This document shows positions 1 to 13,907 of a stretch of DNA of 64,000 nt, in pieces. The DNA lies in the NCBI GenBank assembly GCA_010015585.1, contig ML975178.1, one strand, 5' to 3'. A program made the translations under genes and the position numbers. Below the pieces are notes generated by a model that was not told where the DNA came from, did not search any database, and worked only from the letters and a program-made list of their open reading frames with translations. The stretch comes from Eremomyces bilateralis CBS 781.70 (Eukaryota). Position 1 is the first letter of the stretch; every line of letters begins with the position of its first letter.

Positions 1-591
1 TCGAGATCACTCTAGCGTTCAGTATTGCAATCTTATCTGTATTATGCTACATATGGTACTAGAATCGCTATAGAACAGAATCGAATCTCTATTGTGTAAA
101 TTTCGCGAAGTCCACGCGTTTGTGCGTATCGCACCTTCCATCGCCACTCACACTTTCCGTTCTTACCTAGGCACCGTACAATATCGAAATTCAACGTCAA
201 TCACCTCACCCCATCAGATCTAATGGTCGCTTAATACCTCTACTCTTTACTATATACATCGGATTTTCCTCTATTCCAGCCTCTCATCGATTACGGCCAT
301 TATAGTGAAATCATACCGACAATCCGGGCGAATCACTGCTATTCGCCGTTACATAGAAGCTCAGTACGAGGCTATAACGCGGGCGTAGCAAGAGGCTCAG
401 CAGCTCGCAGGACAACTCGTGGAGGAAGTTGACGATGATACTAAACTATCAGATACTATTAGTAGTATAGAGCCATCGTCTAAGCGTCTAATGCTTGATG
501 ATAGCGACGAGGATGATATGGGAATGTTATTCGAAGTAGGTCCTATCACCTTTTACCTGTTTTATGTTAATAGAGTATAAACTCCTTATAG

Positions 592-3500
592 GATGCTACT
601 GAAGAAGACCTTAGGTTTGATAGCTTCGAAGCCATACTCGGGGGTACGCAGGCCATGCTAGCAAGCGAGCTTAATGAGACGATGCCTACCCTGGATGACC
701 GTCGTGAACTTGCTGAATACCAGTTCCCGGCAGAGGATATCGAGGATTTAACGCCTGTTGCTAACGATATCGAATCCGATGAAGAGACCGCTACTATTAG
801 TAGTTAGACGGTGGCTAACACGGAGACAAGTCAAGTTACCCAAGAAGCTCCTCACCCCTTCGCCGCCAACTCCAAGTATTTCATTCCTTCAGATACCTCT
901 CTACCTCTGCCACGCAGGATTGCCACCCAGCCAATGACTGACTTCGCCCTTGCAATAGGCACATGGGTACAGCAGTACGGTATCCCTCGGTCCCAGTATA
1001 AGGCGCTCGTTGAGGTTCTGAACCTTACTAGCAATAAAGAGATCAGCAAGCTCCCTAAAAGGGTTGATACTATAAAGAAACAAGTGAACGAATAACTGCC
1101 CCTCCTCGAAATCCGCTCTAAACCAATTACCCTCAGTGCTAACAAGCTCCCGAGTGGCCGCCGTGGGGAGGCTGAGGCCGGTTTACGAACGCAAGCAGAG
1201 AACCCCTACTTCTTTAACCCGTTCGAGCTCTTTAGGACAATCTTGAACACCGAGCTACGCTCAAATATGTTCTTTGGGATGGCTAGGTTCGTCGACTCGC
1301 CTAAAGAGCTCTGGGAATCTATTGCCTGGGCGTCGTCAATCCGTTGCTCTTCTGGTCAGTACGCCTACTATCCAAATACGACCGAGCCAGTTTTTCCTTC
1401 GGATCTCGTCCGTTTCAAATGCAACGATACACAGTGTCTCTGTCAGACGATGACGCAAAAGCCGCATCTTGGCCAAATCGTGGCTTTCGGAAGGGATTTC
1501 CGCACATATCGCGAGCATAGTAGCCCAGAGGGTTCGATTGTCCTCAAGGTCCAGCGGTTTCAGCTAATAAACCAGTTCCTCTCTCGCCCAACGTACCAAA
1601 ATCTTACTCTCGACCCGCCTCCTCACTCCCGCGAATTCATTATGCTAGATGATACTATCGACGTTGTACCCGAAGAATTGATTGAGCGCCTAACAGACAT
1701 TACTGTCTATTTCGACTATGCCTTCAGGAGCTCTGTACAACTCCCTAGCGATCGATCAACAGACAGCCTCTCTCCAAACGAGCATATTGTACGTCGGGTC
1801 TATAACCAGAATACAGGTATCCGGCCTATCTTTAAGACCCACCCGATCCGCGGCGAACTTGAGCTTGAGGTCTATGGGCGAGAATATTTCGTCAGCAATT
1901 TCGCAAAGCGGAATAGGCCTAGGGGGACGGATATCTTGTCTGTACCTATCCTTGGGTATCTCGATGGCTTCGGGCTCTTCCGTAACATGCACCGTACTAT
2001 TATGGGCTTCTATCTTCTCCTGGCCTGCCTTGTCCAAGCCGAGCGGAATATTCCGGCTAATGTATTTCCACTGACTTTGGGCCCTCACGGTAGCAGCTTT
2101 GACGACGTCGTCGATGCCCTAGAGTTGATGCAAAGACTGGATAGGGGCGTTGATATGGATATCAACGGTAAGACGTGCTTCGTATGCATTCCCTTCCTTG
2201 CGTTCATCGGTGATATGCCGCAGCAACAGCTAAACGGGGGGTTCCTGGGGCCGACCGCAAATTTCAACTGTCGTTTCTGTACTATCGACGCTCCTCGACG
2301 AGGTAACCTAGACTTTAATGTCGTCCACAGTGGTCGGTACCATTTCGAAGTCATGCGTCAACGTCAGCATATGGATTCGGTCTGGCAGAAGACGCACTAT
2401 GAGGCGTTCGCTAGAGCCAACGGCATGCGTGTCGAATTCCCTGCTTTGAAGAAGTTGGCTCCTTGTAATCCTATCAATATTGATTGCCCTGGTGATATGG
2501 CGCACTCCGAAGCAGGCGGTATTACGGAGCTGTTACACTTGGCTATACTTGACCAAGTACTAACCCCCCAAGCGGCTATTGGATATACGCAGAAAGTACG
2601 CTCGTTCCCATTTCCACCAGGATGGATCCGCATTCAGTCGCCGCTATTTTATATCGGCTCCTATACGCTCCAAGAGCACGCTCGCTGGTCTGTTATTATA
2701 CCCGTTCTCTTCCGCCTTCGGCTACGTGCCTCGCATATCAAGCCGACCTTTCTCCAGGAGGCACATATTGTCTTTAGCACCGAGGTCCTTGAGCTGGCCG
2801 CTGTGGAAAACCCCAAGCTCCCTACCAATGACCATATCGTTACCATTCTGGTCAAGGCTGTTGCATCAGTGGCAAAGGTAAATACTCTCCTCTCCGCCGC
2901 CTATCTGACTACCGCGGAGCGCGCATCCCTACATATGGAGATTACGGCTTCTCGCTCTATGTTCCAACGGCTCTGCGAAGTGGCCTCTCGTGCTGCGGCA
3001 ATTCAGACCAGGGCATTCTCTCGTGTTGGATCTCGTACAGGATCCGTTGAGCCAGGTTCGTCGACGCAGCCAACGCAGACCCCTATGTCTACCATTACTG
3101 CCTCTATAACTCTAGTAGCCATCACTAAGAAAGAGGCTGCGTCGACCAAAAACAAGGCGGCGGGATATAGGAACAATATTAGTCGCCCTAATGTCCATGC
3201 TGCCCTTCACTACCCACTGGTACAGGACCAGTATGCACTCGTCTCTAACGTCCATGCTCTTGGTGGTGAGCTGAAGCATCGATCCTATAAGAAGAACATC
3301 CTTAGGACGAATAAGAAGCACCCTGAGAAGGATCTCCTTGAAATTGAGAGCTTTACCATGACGCTCCGCTTCTTACTCCACGGGAGTTTCCAGGTCACGC
3401 ATCCCGCCCTTAGTGCCCAGTTCCAAAACCTCCGTGTACGTTGTCCCCAGTTGTTTACCTCCCTGATGCCTCACGCTACGATCGCTCAGCTCCAAGTGGT

Positions 3501-4242
3501 TCCTGGAGCTACCGGAGCTGGGGAGTTGGACGCAGACCATGATATCTCCCTGGCTACCAGGGAGGACGATACGCATCGTCAACCGTCTGTGCTTGGTCGG
3601 ATTCCTAACAAGTACGTAGAGCAGACACTCCAGCTCCCAGTGTCTGTCTCTAAGTTCTCCGCCGGGTTTCGCGCCAAATTTTTCCGGTCGTATAGTGCCG
3701 ACTACAAGATGCCTGTCAACCATCCTGGCACCCGTCGACTTCGTTGGTGGAAGAAGGTATCGTTTGTCTGGAGGGAGCCGCGCCGGGAGGGGGAGATGTA
3801 AGTGCTATGCAGTGGCATTTAATGGGTAAGACAGGCTGACCTTCTGCTTATAGGAGATCTGAGCAGCATATCACTCTAAGCCGTGGCCATTACGTAGAGT
3901 ATGACAGTGGTATGCTTGGTCGTATCGACCAGATCTTTACCCATAAGGCCCTGAAAGGTAAGCAGCCTCCCTCTTGGCCCGAGTTTACTGCTAATATCCC
4001 TAGATAACTGCCGCATATTCTTCCTCATTACTCCCGCCGTTCCATTCGAACCGTTACGTCAAGACCGCGTCCTTAATTATCCCCTCTTCGAGCTCAGCGA
4101 AGAGCAGACCCTCGTCGGCCTCCCCTCGATCACCGGACGCCAGTTATACGTTGTCCCGATTACAGAGAACAATGCTCAGCTTACGCTCGACAACGCCTCT
4201 CGCACCGTGATGTATATCGACTCGAGGATCCAGTTTATGTAA
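592..4242 (+). mobile_element. CACTA/En-Spm (CMC superfamily)-like DDE transposase gene, partly pseudogenised
   Basis: The 852-aa ORF 1243-3801 has YLDGFGLFR, TLGPHG, FIGDMPQQ, CRFC and DMAHSE motifs resembling the CACTA/Plavaka-type catalytic core. The same frame continues upstream through TAA 1093-1095 and TAG 805-807 to an acceptor at ~591. Likely introns at ~3757-3852 and ~3958-4003. Termini not found. Confidence 0.65.
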
Positions 4243-5271
4243 CAATAGGGGCTTGCTGGCCACTGTAACTAGTGGCATGGAACTCGTGGTGTGGCTGGTG
4301 GAGCATCGTGTTGGTATGGGAGGAGTGCATGGGGGCAGCACCAGGCAAGGCATATTAGACCAGGGCTGGGAGAACATCGGCAATGAGGCACGTGACGCTG
4401 AAAATCATGTGTATTTTGAGCGCCTCAGGCTGTCAGGCATTAAAATTGAGGAGATCCTATTGGCAGCCACTAGGGCCCACTATTCCTTAACAAACCGTTC
4501 ACAAACCGTTGAAAAACCGGTATTTACACATACCGTAAAATAACCAAACGCATAACCTAGTCAAGCGCTTATATGGTCTGACGTTTACATGGTAAGCATC
4601 CGTTAAGTAGCCAAGTGCTAATTTTTACCGTTTGCAGCCGTAACGGGATACTAACAGTCAATAGACGATTACATAAACCCCGGTATGCGCCCTGCTGTTC
4701 AGTTTCGTAGTTTAAGCCTTGCAGCCTTATCGAAGGTCTGGACCAATCAAAGCTGACAGGGTTCCAAACTAGATGACGCGCAGGAACATTTCTATCACCC
4801 AGTTCCAAAAGTTCAGCGATGATGTAGGAAGTCTCCTCGTACTGCATAAAACATCCAAAGAACCTATAAACTGATAGATCCAGGATCGCGTACTATCACT
4901 GAGTCTAGCGATTATATACGATCGTTTGGACCTTTACAACAGCTTTTCTAAACGCCGTTGGCACTTCAGCTGAATTTTAGGAGTACCGGTAGCGGAGCTA
5001 CTATAACGTGGACGCCATCCCGTCTCCGAATTCAATTTTACGTGCTTTCCTATCGTCGGTATTATCTCTCCTGTTGAGTCCGGACGTTCATATTTCCATC
5101 AGATCGTTCAAGAAATCTATCCGACCTGTCCCTGACGGTTGCGCAGCGAGATATTACCGACTTCGGATGTCACTACCCTGAGCGCACGAGTCGGGACGGT
5201 TCGCGCCTCGCATTGCCTGACCGCAACAACAGTTTAACGGCCGCTCTACTATCAAGGGATTCATTATCTAC

Positions 5272-6785
5272 ATGTCTCCGAACCACGCTCGCTCCTCGCC
5301 ATCTTTGATATATAATTCTGTGATTGATGTGGACGTCATGGAGCCTGGCGCATCTGACGTCCACCATGCGCCCAAGGCCACCACCACCTCAAATCTCCCT
5401 CCACCACCTTCAGCGTCAGTAACCGACATCGCATTAAACGACTGCGATGAACCGACATGGGCTCTTCTCTACTCTACCCTATACGAACTCAAAAGCGACC
5501 TTGAAAAACAACTGGACGCCTGTCGAAGCTCCCACCAAATAGACCAGACTTCGTGGCGCAGGGAGCGGAATCTATGGGATGCGGAGCGCAATCGGAGACA
5601 TCGCGATCTATCTACCGCAAGGCGCGAGATCGATGCGCTGAAGCGGGAGAATGCCGAGCTTAAGGGGGAAATCGCAGAAGTGCGGACCAGGGAACACCAT
5701 CTGGATGGCTCGCCTGCCAAGCGACGGAGACCCTCACGGCCAGAATCGGAGACTTTCGATATGTTCGCGAACAGTATGCAAGGCAATACATACCAGAGTA
5801 CGTCTCAGGGGGGTGCGAGGAGCGCGACAGAAAGTATGACAATCGTTCTTCAGAAACGGATCATTGCATTTGCTAAGTTGGAATAGAGAGCGAGAGCAAC
5901 CCCGACGTCGTCGCATCTGATCCCCCCTCTCCTCCAACAAGTACGGTTGTCGTGTCTCCACCCCCTGTTGCGTACCGTCGACACGCGGGCCACACCCCTG
6001 CGGCCGTTTCGCTTCTCAGTCCGCGTGTGGATACTCCCACGATCGACAGCACCGACAGCAGTTCGTCTCTCAAACATGCAGAAAAAGCCGGTGGTACCGG
6101 TACGACGGAGGATGTTGACGCGAATCACGAACCCGGGCCGTCGCAGGACGTCGCGAGCGAAGCGGCTACCGAACATGTGGGACGCGATCAACGCGACGGC
6201 CACACATCCCACTCCGAGGCAATAACCGATAAAAATCCCTCGTCAGGGGATGGGGACGATGAGGAATCTCGAACTCACGCGGATGCTTTCGACGATGCGA
6301 CGCTTCTCATCGCGCAGGCTGCTCTCGATCCCGTAAAACACATCCCGGACGATCCCGCTCTTTCAGGGCCGCTGTTCCTCCCGGCGCACCCCATGGCCGA
6401 TCAAGACGGCATCCTAGCGGCGCTAGGGCAGAAGCTCGAGGAAGCTGCGATCTCGCCGGAAGCGAGGACGCCGTCGGTTTTGAAAGATGATCCCATTTCT
6501 GGACTCGCGGAACCGGACAGTTTGCATGGGCTGTCGGGGGCGAGCAGGTCGAACGGCGGAAGTGTGGATGGTAATGGCGGGGTGGGTGGGATTCATGCAG
6601 GTCATGAGCTGCCAAGACGGACCTCGAACGAAGCGGAGGAGGTCGATCCCGCGATGGATTTGGACGGGGATGGGGGTGTCGGGGGTGGAGAAGAAGCGCC
6701 CTTGGATGTACCGATCAAGTTGAGACCCACTTTGAATTTCGGGGCGCCATTGGGGAGCTTACGGTTAGCAAAAGAGAGCAGATGA
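5272..6785 (+). CDS. Hypothetical coiled-coil/low-complexity protein, 2 exons
   Basis: ORFs 5272-5886 and 5952-6785 join in frame through intron 5834-5886 (GTATGA...CTAAG...TAG). Coiled-coil segment; C-terminal LNFGAPLG. Confidence 0.65.
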
Positions 6786-9501
6786 ATCGGCCGATTTCTC
6801 CCTCCCATCTCCCTCAACCATCTTTCTTGAATGTGGGATGGCTGCCCAGTTACAGGTATCCCCAAATTCGTGTACATTACTACCTGTAATATGCAGATCC
6901 GAAGGCCGTCCAACGTGCGGCTATCATGCTACATCCGCGTGGGTTGTGTGAATGAGGACATGTGGAATGCAGCATTGCGTCCAATTCTCGCCCAAGGCGG
7001 TGACACAGTCGCGGGTATTTTAAATGCAGGTACAGCTCCATTCGTCGCACCGCATCGGCGGATCAAGGCAGGCAAGCGGGTCAGACCGATAGGTAGGATG
7101 GCGATTCTCCCGCCCTTTTGATCCTCCATCGGATGTTCCAAGTTTCATTCGGTTGAGTCATCCCTTGACTCCCACCCACAACGTCTCGTTCTTTCAAGTT
7201 TCAACCTCCTAGAATACCTAGACTCATTCTATTACCAGTATCCCCAGTGCCCCTCCGTTGGAAATTTGTCGGAAATGTGAAAGCTGCTCGGCGACAGGGG
7301 CTCTGGTTGCAATCTCAAACATTCTTCAATCCTGTGATCTCTGCGTCACCGGTGTGGGTCACGAATCAAACGGCGGGGGTCGCTTACATGCAGAAGGTCT
7401 GACGTCTCCTTGATACGATGGTTGAACAAAAGGGAAAATGCATATTCCCTCGCCCGGCTGCCTGTCAAGTCACGGCCTGTCGAGTTCGGATCTGGCCACT
7501 CTCCCTTGGACACAGTGATCTCAAAGACTCAGCAGATTCCTCGATCCCCATCATTCAGTGACATTTATATACGGGTCATATCATGTATATAATAGAAGCG
7601 ATAGGCGTTACGTTTCTTTCACTTCTAGCGGTGCGAGGCTGTTTCATCCGGAACCATTTGGGAGGTTGCAATTCACCCCACGACGCGCCTTCCCGTTGCC
7701 GCTCTTAAATTTTCCCTTATTTCCTATTCCGGCTCTTATCTTGCTTCTGTTCCCTCCTCCTCACCTCCAACACTTTCACTTCACTCTCTCACCACTTTCG
7801 TCCTCTTCATCGTGATCGAGCCACGAAGTCCTCTTCACTCGTTTTAAATCCGCTCGCTTATTTAACCCTCGCTCAATTCCCCTGAAGCGGTAAAACTATC
7901 CACGCCAGTCAATTGGATCTCGAATTCTGACCCGTGCTTATAATAGGAGTAAGATGGTTCGCCTTCCTCTCGTCGTCGGTGCCGCTTTCATGGCCTTGGC
8001 GACAGTTACGGCCAGTCCAGTGCCTATAGACGCTATCATTGATCAGGCTAGGGCTGAAGGAAAGACTGAAGTAAGTTGAGATAATACAGTCTGAAACCTT
8101 CCCAGTCATCATAGTCATTATATCCAGTCAAATATCTTCGCGTGTCAAGAATTCACTTTTCTCATTCACTCATAATGTCCACAACTTCTACCCTATACTA
8201 CCTTCACTTCCCTATGCCTCAATGACCGCACTCCACCCAATATCACTTCATTTTCCATCATAATAATCACCTCATAGTCCCCCTACTACATTCACTTCAC
8301 CTTCTGCCCCCAAAAATTTCCCTGACTCCCTCCTTCAAAATTCTTCCCATTCTAACCCCATCCACCCAGGCCGAAATCCTCACCCACATCAACGCCCCCC
8401 CACACCCCAGCCCTGCCTTCCTCCCCTCTCTCAATGGCCGTGATCCCTCCGGCGACGTCCCTCCCGCCCGGATCCTCAACGACATGATCCACCGAAAACG
8501 AACCGCTGAGCACGCATCCGTGGCGAGGACGGTGGTGAGGTTTATTGGCGATGTGATTACGAAGGGGAGGTTGGAAGGCCGGCCAGATGTGGATGCGTAT
8601 GAGGGGATGGAGGAGCTGGTGACGAGACCGAGGTGGAGGTTCGGGTGGAGGGGATGAGGGATGGACCGGGTAGGATAACTGGATTGCAAGGGAAGGCGAT
8701 AGTTCGGGTGCAACAGTAGCGGGACGGGATCGATTGTCAATTGTCGTGTTGCTGTCTGGTGGGGATAGTCGTGTGACTGTGGCGTGCGGGAGATGAATGA
8801 ATTACGGCCAACATGGGATGTCAAAAGGATGGGGAACAGCGTCTGCTTGTGGCTGAACGCGGTCGAAAGCCCCTAAGACCCTTACTCACTGTCAAACCAT
8901 CAAGTGATGTGAGAGTATACTTTGCAAGAGAGAATTTCCCACCGTGATTGAAATTCGTGGTGCATTGTGCATTGCAGCTCAGTACTTATGTATGTGCAAG
9001 CCATTGTGCTACGTTTACAACCTGTTGTCCATACGGAGTAAATGACAGAATTTTCGTGTGGCGCGTAGTTCACATTTATCCGTCTGTAAATAGATTCGTT
9101 CAGCCCTTGCCATGGACCTATCCTGATATACGGTTTCGTTGTACTAAGTACGAGGTGCGTGGACAAGGTTACGCCATAACGCCCTCAAGTCCAGGTATAT
9201 CAGACGCTCGCTTAAGAAAAGGGACTCGAGTCGAACATGCTGGCGTTGAATCATAGTCATATATTGCATGGAGGCAATATCACAAGAACAACGATGTGTG
9301 GAAGCAAAAGGATTGATCCAGCCAAGTAGTTATAAAAGGAACATATTGTCCCAAAGACCGTAGCCATGACCCAGCGTGATTACAAAGTAGCTCCAAACTC
9401 CACCCGTCTATTCTAAAATAATCAAAGACCCCATCGGCTATCCCAACCGAATCCCCCAATCAACCCCTGACCCCGACCAACCAACCCCCTCTCCTCACCC
9501 C

Positions 9502-10056
9502 CTAATTCCGCCCCTGCAACGGATACTCCGGCGGTCCCTGGTTTCCATACGTCGACTGCCCATACGGCGAGTTTCCGTACCCTGTGCCCTGTCGCGACCC
9601 GCTCTCAATCGACGATGCGATGTCCTTGGGCGGCGCGTTCTTGGGGTTGCCGGCGATCCAGGCGGTGCCGGCGATGGGTTGTTGACCGCGGCGGATGCGG
9701 CGGCGGGCGTAGAGGCGGCTGGGAGGTGGGGGTTAGTGGTTGGGAGAGCGGAGAGGGGGAAGAGGGGGACGTGTGGAGATAACGGGGGGTGAGGGGTGGG
9801 AGTCAGGGGAAGGGTAAAGGAAGCATACAGAATAACCAGGATAGCGATGATGACGAGGGCAGCGATGATTCCGAAGATGAGCCAGCGGCCCCAGGACCAC
9901 CAGGCAGAGTTCTTGTCGCATTTGTAGTCGCCGCGGCTGTTGGTGTAGCATTTTGGGTTGTTAGGGTCGCGGACATCGCTGAGGGAGGTTAGAGATGTTC
10001 AAGGCAAAATGCGTATAGGGGACTTACTCCCGGGCGGCGAGGTACGTGGTAGACAT
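9502..10056 (-). CDS. RCR-like (chitin synthesis regulation/Congo red resistance) small membrane protein, spliced
   Basis: Spliced translation MSTTYLAAR..CYTNSRGDYKCDKNSAWWSWGRWLIFGIIAALVIIAILV..ARRRIRRGQQPIAGTAWIA..PPEY: Cys pair, WWSWGRW, one TM helix, basic stretch and PPxY tail. Confidence 0.7.
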
Positions 10057-11122
10057 GGTGGATTTTAGAGCTTGGAAAGTAGATGAACGCTTGTATGAAT
10101 GGTTGGATGGCAAAGGACTGAGTGATTGAATGGTCGAGACTGGAGAGACTTTTGCTTCGGTTGAACTTAGGATGGATGTTGTAGGAACTATGTACTTGAA
10201 AACGATAGACTTAATCTAGACGGGACACGTTCTTTTATCTCCAAACCTACACTTGATCGTCCACAACATGCTAAGATATCAATATCTGAGGCTTCGTCTC
10301 GAATGACGTTGGTAGCCGCGCTGATTAGGTCCTCGCCCCATTGTCGTCGGCATCCGATTCAACGGTACGACTTGTTACCTTCAGCCTTTCTACTATCTCG
10401 TCACAAAACGTGGCTCAGTGATATTCATGAAGGATTGTGTATGCAGTGTAAGTTTGTTTCAACTTCTTGAAGTTGCAGAGCATGAATGGTGATTGGCTAC
10501 AGCTATTCCGTGAGGCAGCGGATGTCGATCAAGGAACGAAAACCGGCACAACCTGAAGCAAAAGAATCCCGCCCTTCGCCCCACATACTCGCTCCGATAG
10601 CTGTTCGGAGAAATCCTCGACGTAGAAACCCTTTGATATTCGGGACAAGAAGACTCCAAGACCCCAAGACTCCAAGAAACCAGTGTGACATGAAGGATGG
10701 AGATAAAGATACATTGGAGGGTTTCTGCCAGGAATTATGGGCACCTGGAAATTGCGTTTTGTGTAATATTCGACAGCGTAGCGCGTTTTATTTGCCCATA
10801 CCCAGTTAGCCAACCTAACCGCTAGATATTAGTTCATAAGCCGGCTAAATGCAGAGAGTTGACCTGAAAACGATTTCCAGGACCTGAAAATCGTTTTCAG
10901 GTCAGGTTCGCCCGATTTCCAGCTCGTTAATTGGCTGATCTGTTAGCGTACCGTATAATTACAGAAACAGAATCACGTGTGCTTATCACGTGCCTTAAAT
11001 TTGAAAATAAAAGAGGTATAGCGGCACCGCTTAATCAGCGGATTACAGCTGTCGAGCCTGATTTTCAGGTGTTCCACATATTCCTGGCAGAAACCCTCCA
11101 TTCAACTGACTCGCAACGACCA

Positions 11123-11719
11123 TTATGATTTCGCCTCCGCTGCCGCAACCGTTCTCTTCTCCCCCCTTATCCCATACCTCCACACCATATAATCCGTTGT
11201 ACCCCCTGCCGCGCCCAGGCCCGCGCCGCCCAAGATCGTGGTGCTCATCTTTCCTTGTAGGGCAGGCAGTCGACCCGTCCGCGCCAGCGCCACCGCAGCC
11301 GCGATCCCTACGATCTCCCCGCCGATAATCCACTTGTCTGCTTCCGACTGCCCGACGCTTTCCTGCACCCGCCAGGCGCGGTCCTGCCACTCGATGGGCT
11401 CTCGCCCTCGCATCCGCCCGCCCAGCATCACGGCGGAGAGGACGAGTCCGGCGACACTACCGCGTGCGGCGTGGACGAGGGACCGTCGACCGAAGGTGGA
11501 GAGAAGGGACTGGGTGGTGCTCGGGGATGGTCGCCAGTAGAGTGTGGAGGCTGCGCTGGTGGCGAGGGAGATGAAGGCGCCCGCTGTGAAGCCGGAGCGG
11601 AGGACGTGAAACGTCAGGATAGACTTGGCATGTTTCTGATCTTCTGCATATTCCGCGTGAGGGAGGAGGGAGAGCATGTTGGCTTTGTGAGGTGTTTGGG
11701 TCATCAAGTCTAGATACAA
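11123..11719 (-). CDS. Hypothetical membrane protein (~185-198 aa)
   Basis: Intact ORF with several Gly/Ala-rich hydrophobic segments and a GREPIEWQDRAWR motif. Confidence 0.65.
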   Translation of the reverse strand: MYLDLMTQTPHKANMLSLLPHAEYAEDQKHAKSILTFHVLRSGFTAGAFISLATSAASTLYWRPSPSTTQSLLSTFGRRSLVHAARGSVAGLVLSAVMLGGRMRGREPIEWQDRAWRVQESVGQSEADKWIIGGEIVGIAAAVALARTGRLPALQGKMSTTILGGAGLGAAGGTTDYMVWRYGIRGEKRTVAAAEAKS

Positions 11720-12444
11720 GGCGATGGCTTTAAGAGTTCCGTGAAAAAGGACGATAGCTATTTGACGATTTAATCTGGCTCAATGCTCTTTGTATGCAAT
11801 GTTGGCGAGGATATTCTGAGATGATTCCATTGTCTAAACTTCTGGGCATCACCTAGCTCAGATATATAGAAGTCTTTCATTGTTCCTTAACGTCATGCAA
11901 AGCACGTTCAATGATAACGTGAGGGCAGAAGTACGGACGTAAGCTATTATCGGAATACGAGCCGGGACATCCGCATCGGGGGGGAGTTTGCCCGGTGCAG
12001 AGCCACTGCGCTTCTCCTAAGTTTAGGTGACGGAATTTAAGAAACCCCAATTCCCCATCCGAGAAATTATCTTCCGCGTCGTCCTTCACGACATTCGAAC
12101 AATTAGCGACGATGGGTTTGCCAAACACCAACCAGATGAAGACCGAACTGTAGAGCGGGGTTTGGGAAATGTCCCTCTTTGCTAGAGGGCAACATTCATG
12201 GATGACTGTACAATGCATCTCCAACCTCCAACCTCCAAATCACCTATAGGTAGGTACTCTCTTTAGACCTTTCGCACTAGATACATACAGATACTTGCTG
12301 AATCGTAGGTAGAGAGATTGTGGTGATTCGATTAGGAGCATATGCTACTCTTGAAACTCGAGATCAGCTATTGATCTTGCTTCATTCCGAGTCCGATCGC
12401 TACCCTTAAGTACCTTACTGAGTCAGCGAGTCCTGACCAGAACC

Positions 12445-12568
12445 TGTCGCACGTGATGTGCTAAAATGGTTGGGAGTGAGGTGCTGTTGTTATAGCAGCG
12501 AAGTTGTATTGTGTAAGTTGTGTGTAAGTTGTGTGTTCTAGCTGAATGCCTGGTCCCCCGGTCCTACA
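12445..12568 (+). mobile_element. 5' half of a split solo LTR
   Basis: Starts TGTCGCA, aligns with 14517-14641, and is preceded by GAACC (12440-12444). Confidence 0.9.
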
Positions 12569-13504
12569 TCTAACGTATCGATCTGGGAGCAGATGCCGCA
12601 GAAAGCTGAGGGTTGAACATCAAGTTTGTGAGGGTTTGGCTCTTGTTATGGGTTGAAACCCCTGGTTGGCTAAGGCTGAGAGTCTAAGCCTGATTAGGTT
12701 AAGGGTTTACTCAGAGTCCAACCCTCTTCGATGTAAACAAGAAGGCTTCCCCTTCTTGTTCTCTTCTTTAGCTTAATCTAGAATATCTTTGGCTACGTGT
12801 ATGTTGTGTGCATCCAGCTACCGTGCCGTAACAGATAGAACTAGGTAGAACAGAGTAACTTGTATAATAGTATGTAGTAGCTAACAGGACGCAGCAGCTT
12901 ATCTCTAGTTAATAGTTTTTTCTAACCTAGAGACCTATTGCAGGACAGAGGCGCCTGCCTATAGTACGTAGTTAGGCAGGTGCAACTCTAGAGCATCTGC
13001 TCTAGATAGTAGAGGCTTCTGCCTGGAGATAGTTAAATGAGCATCTTTTACTACACTTTATGTGAAACACTGAGACTAAGAGCAAGGGCTCGTTTAGGTA
13101 GCAAAACGGTTTGATACTAAGCTAGCGAGAAAGAGAGAGAATCTAAGATACACTGTGGGTGATGAAGTGATATAACCATCGCAAACACCATTCACTAAAG
13201 CCACGTGACTCAACATGTATGTGTTACCTGAAGTACAATCGTGTCATTATGTTCTATTAGGGTCGTTTAACTCTACCATGTTATCGCCTAACTTCACACC
13301 TAGACAATCCTACGCTATCTCTAGTACTAATAACTTTTATAAGAGAAGGAATCTATATCTAGTAGATGTTTATAGACTAGTAACTAACAAGATATCTAAG
13401 TTAGTTAACTTAATCTATAGTTACTTTTAAGTTAGATCTAGTCTTTAGAGTCCTAATTTATGTCGTGGACCCAAATCGCAAAGGATTTGATAGGCTTGAA
13501 ACGT

Positions 13505-13770
13505 TATTGAATTGCTAAAGAGAAAAGAAAGATCTCTGTTCAGAAGTGCTAAATTGCACCTTTTAAGCTGGAAGGTCAACAAAGGCCTGAGGCCATTAAC
13601 AAAGACTGGGCACAGTCCAAGACTGTCACAAAGAAAGTGAACAAAGATCTCCTCCTCTCAGGAATGCTAAAAGAAAGAGAACAACGATCTCCTTTCGTCC
13701 AGGAATGCTAAATTACCTCTTTAGGCCGGAGGCCATTAACACAGACTGGGCACAGCCCAAGACTGTCACA
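13505..13770. repeat. Degenerate ~140-bp direct duplication
   Basis: GAGGCCATTAACA(A/C)AGACTGGGCACAG(T/C)CCAAGACTGTCACA occurs at ~13589-13630 and ~13729-13770. Confidence 0.75.
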
Positions 13771-13907
13771 TTTATTCTGATAAGTATTGTCTGTTATTAA
13801 CTATAACTAGTTAAAGGCTTTACAACTAACTAACTAGATAGTTATACGTAAGTCGAACTGAGGAACTTCGCAGTCAATGCGAAAATCATTTAACTAGCGA
13901 CAAGTGT

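Noticed and set aside
8170..8660. Possible small gene on the plus strand
   Set aside because: Coding-like frame, but no supported start, splice model or recognisable motif.
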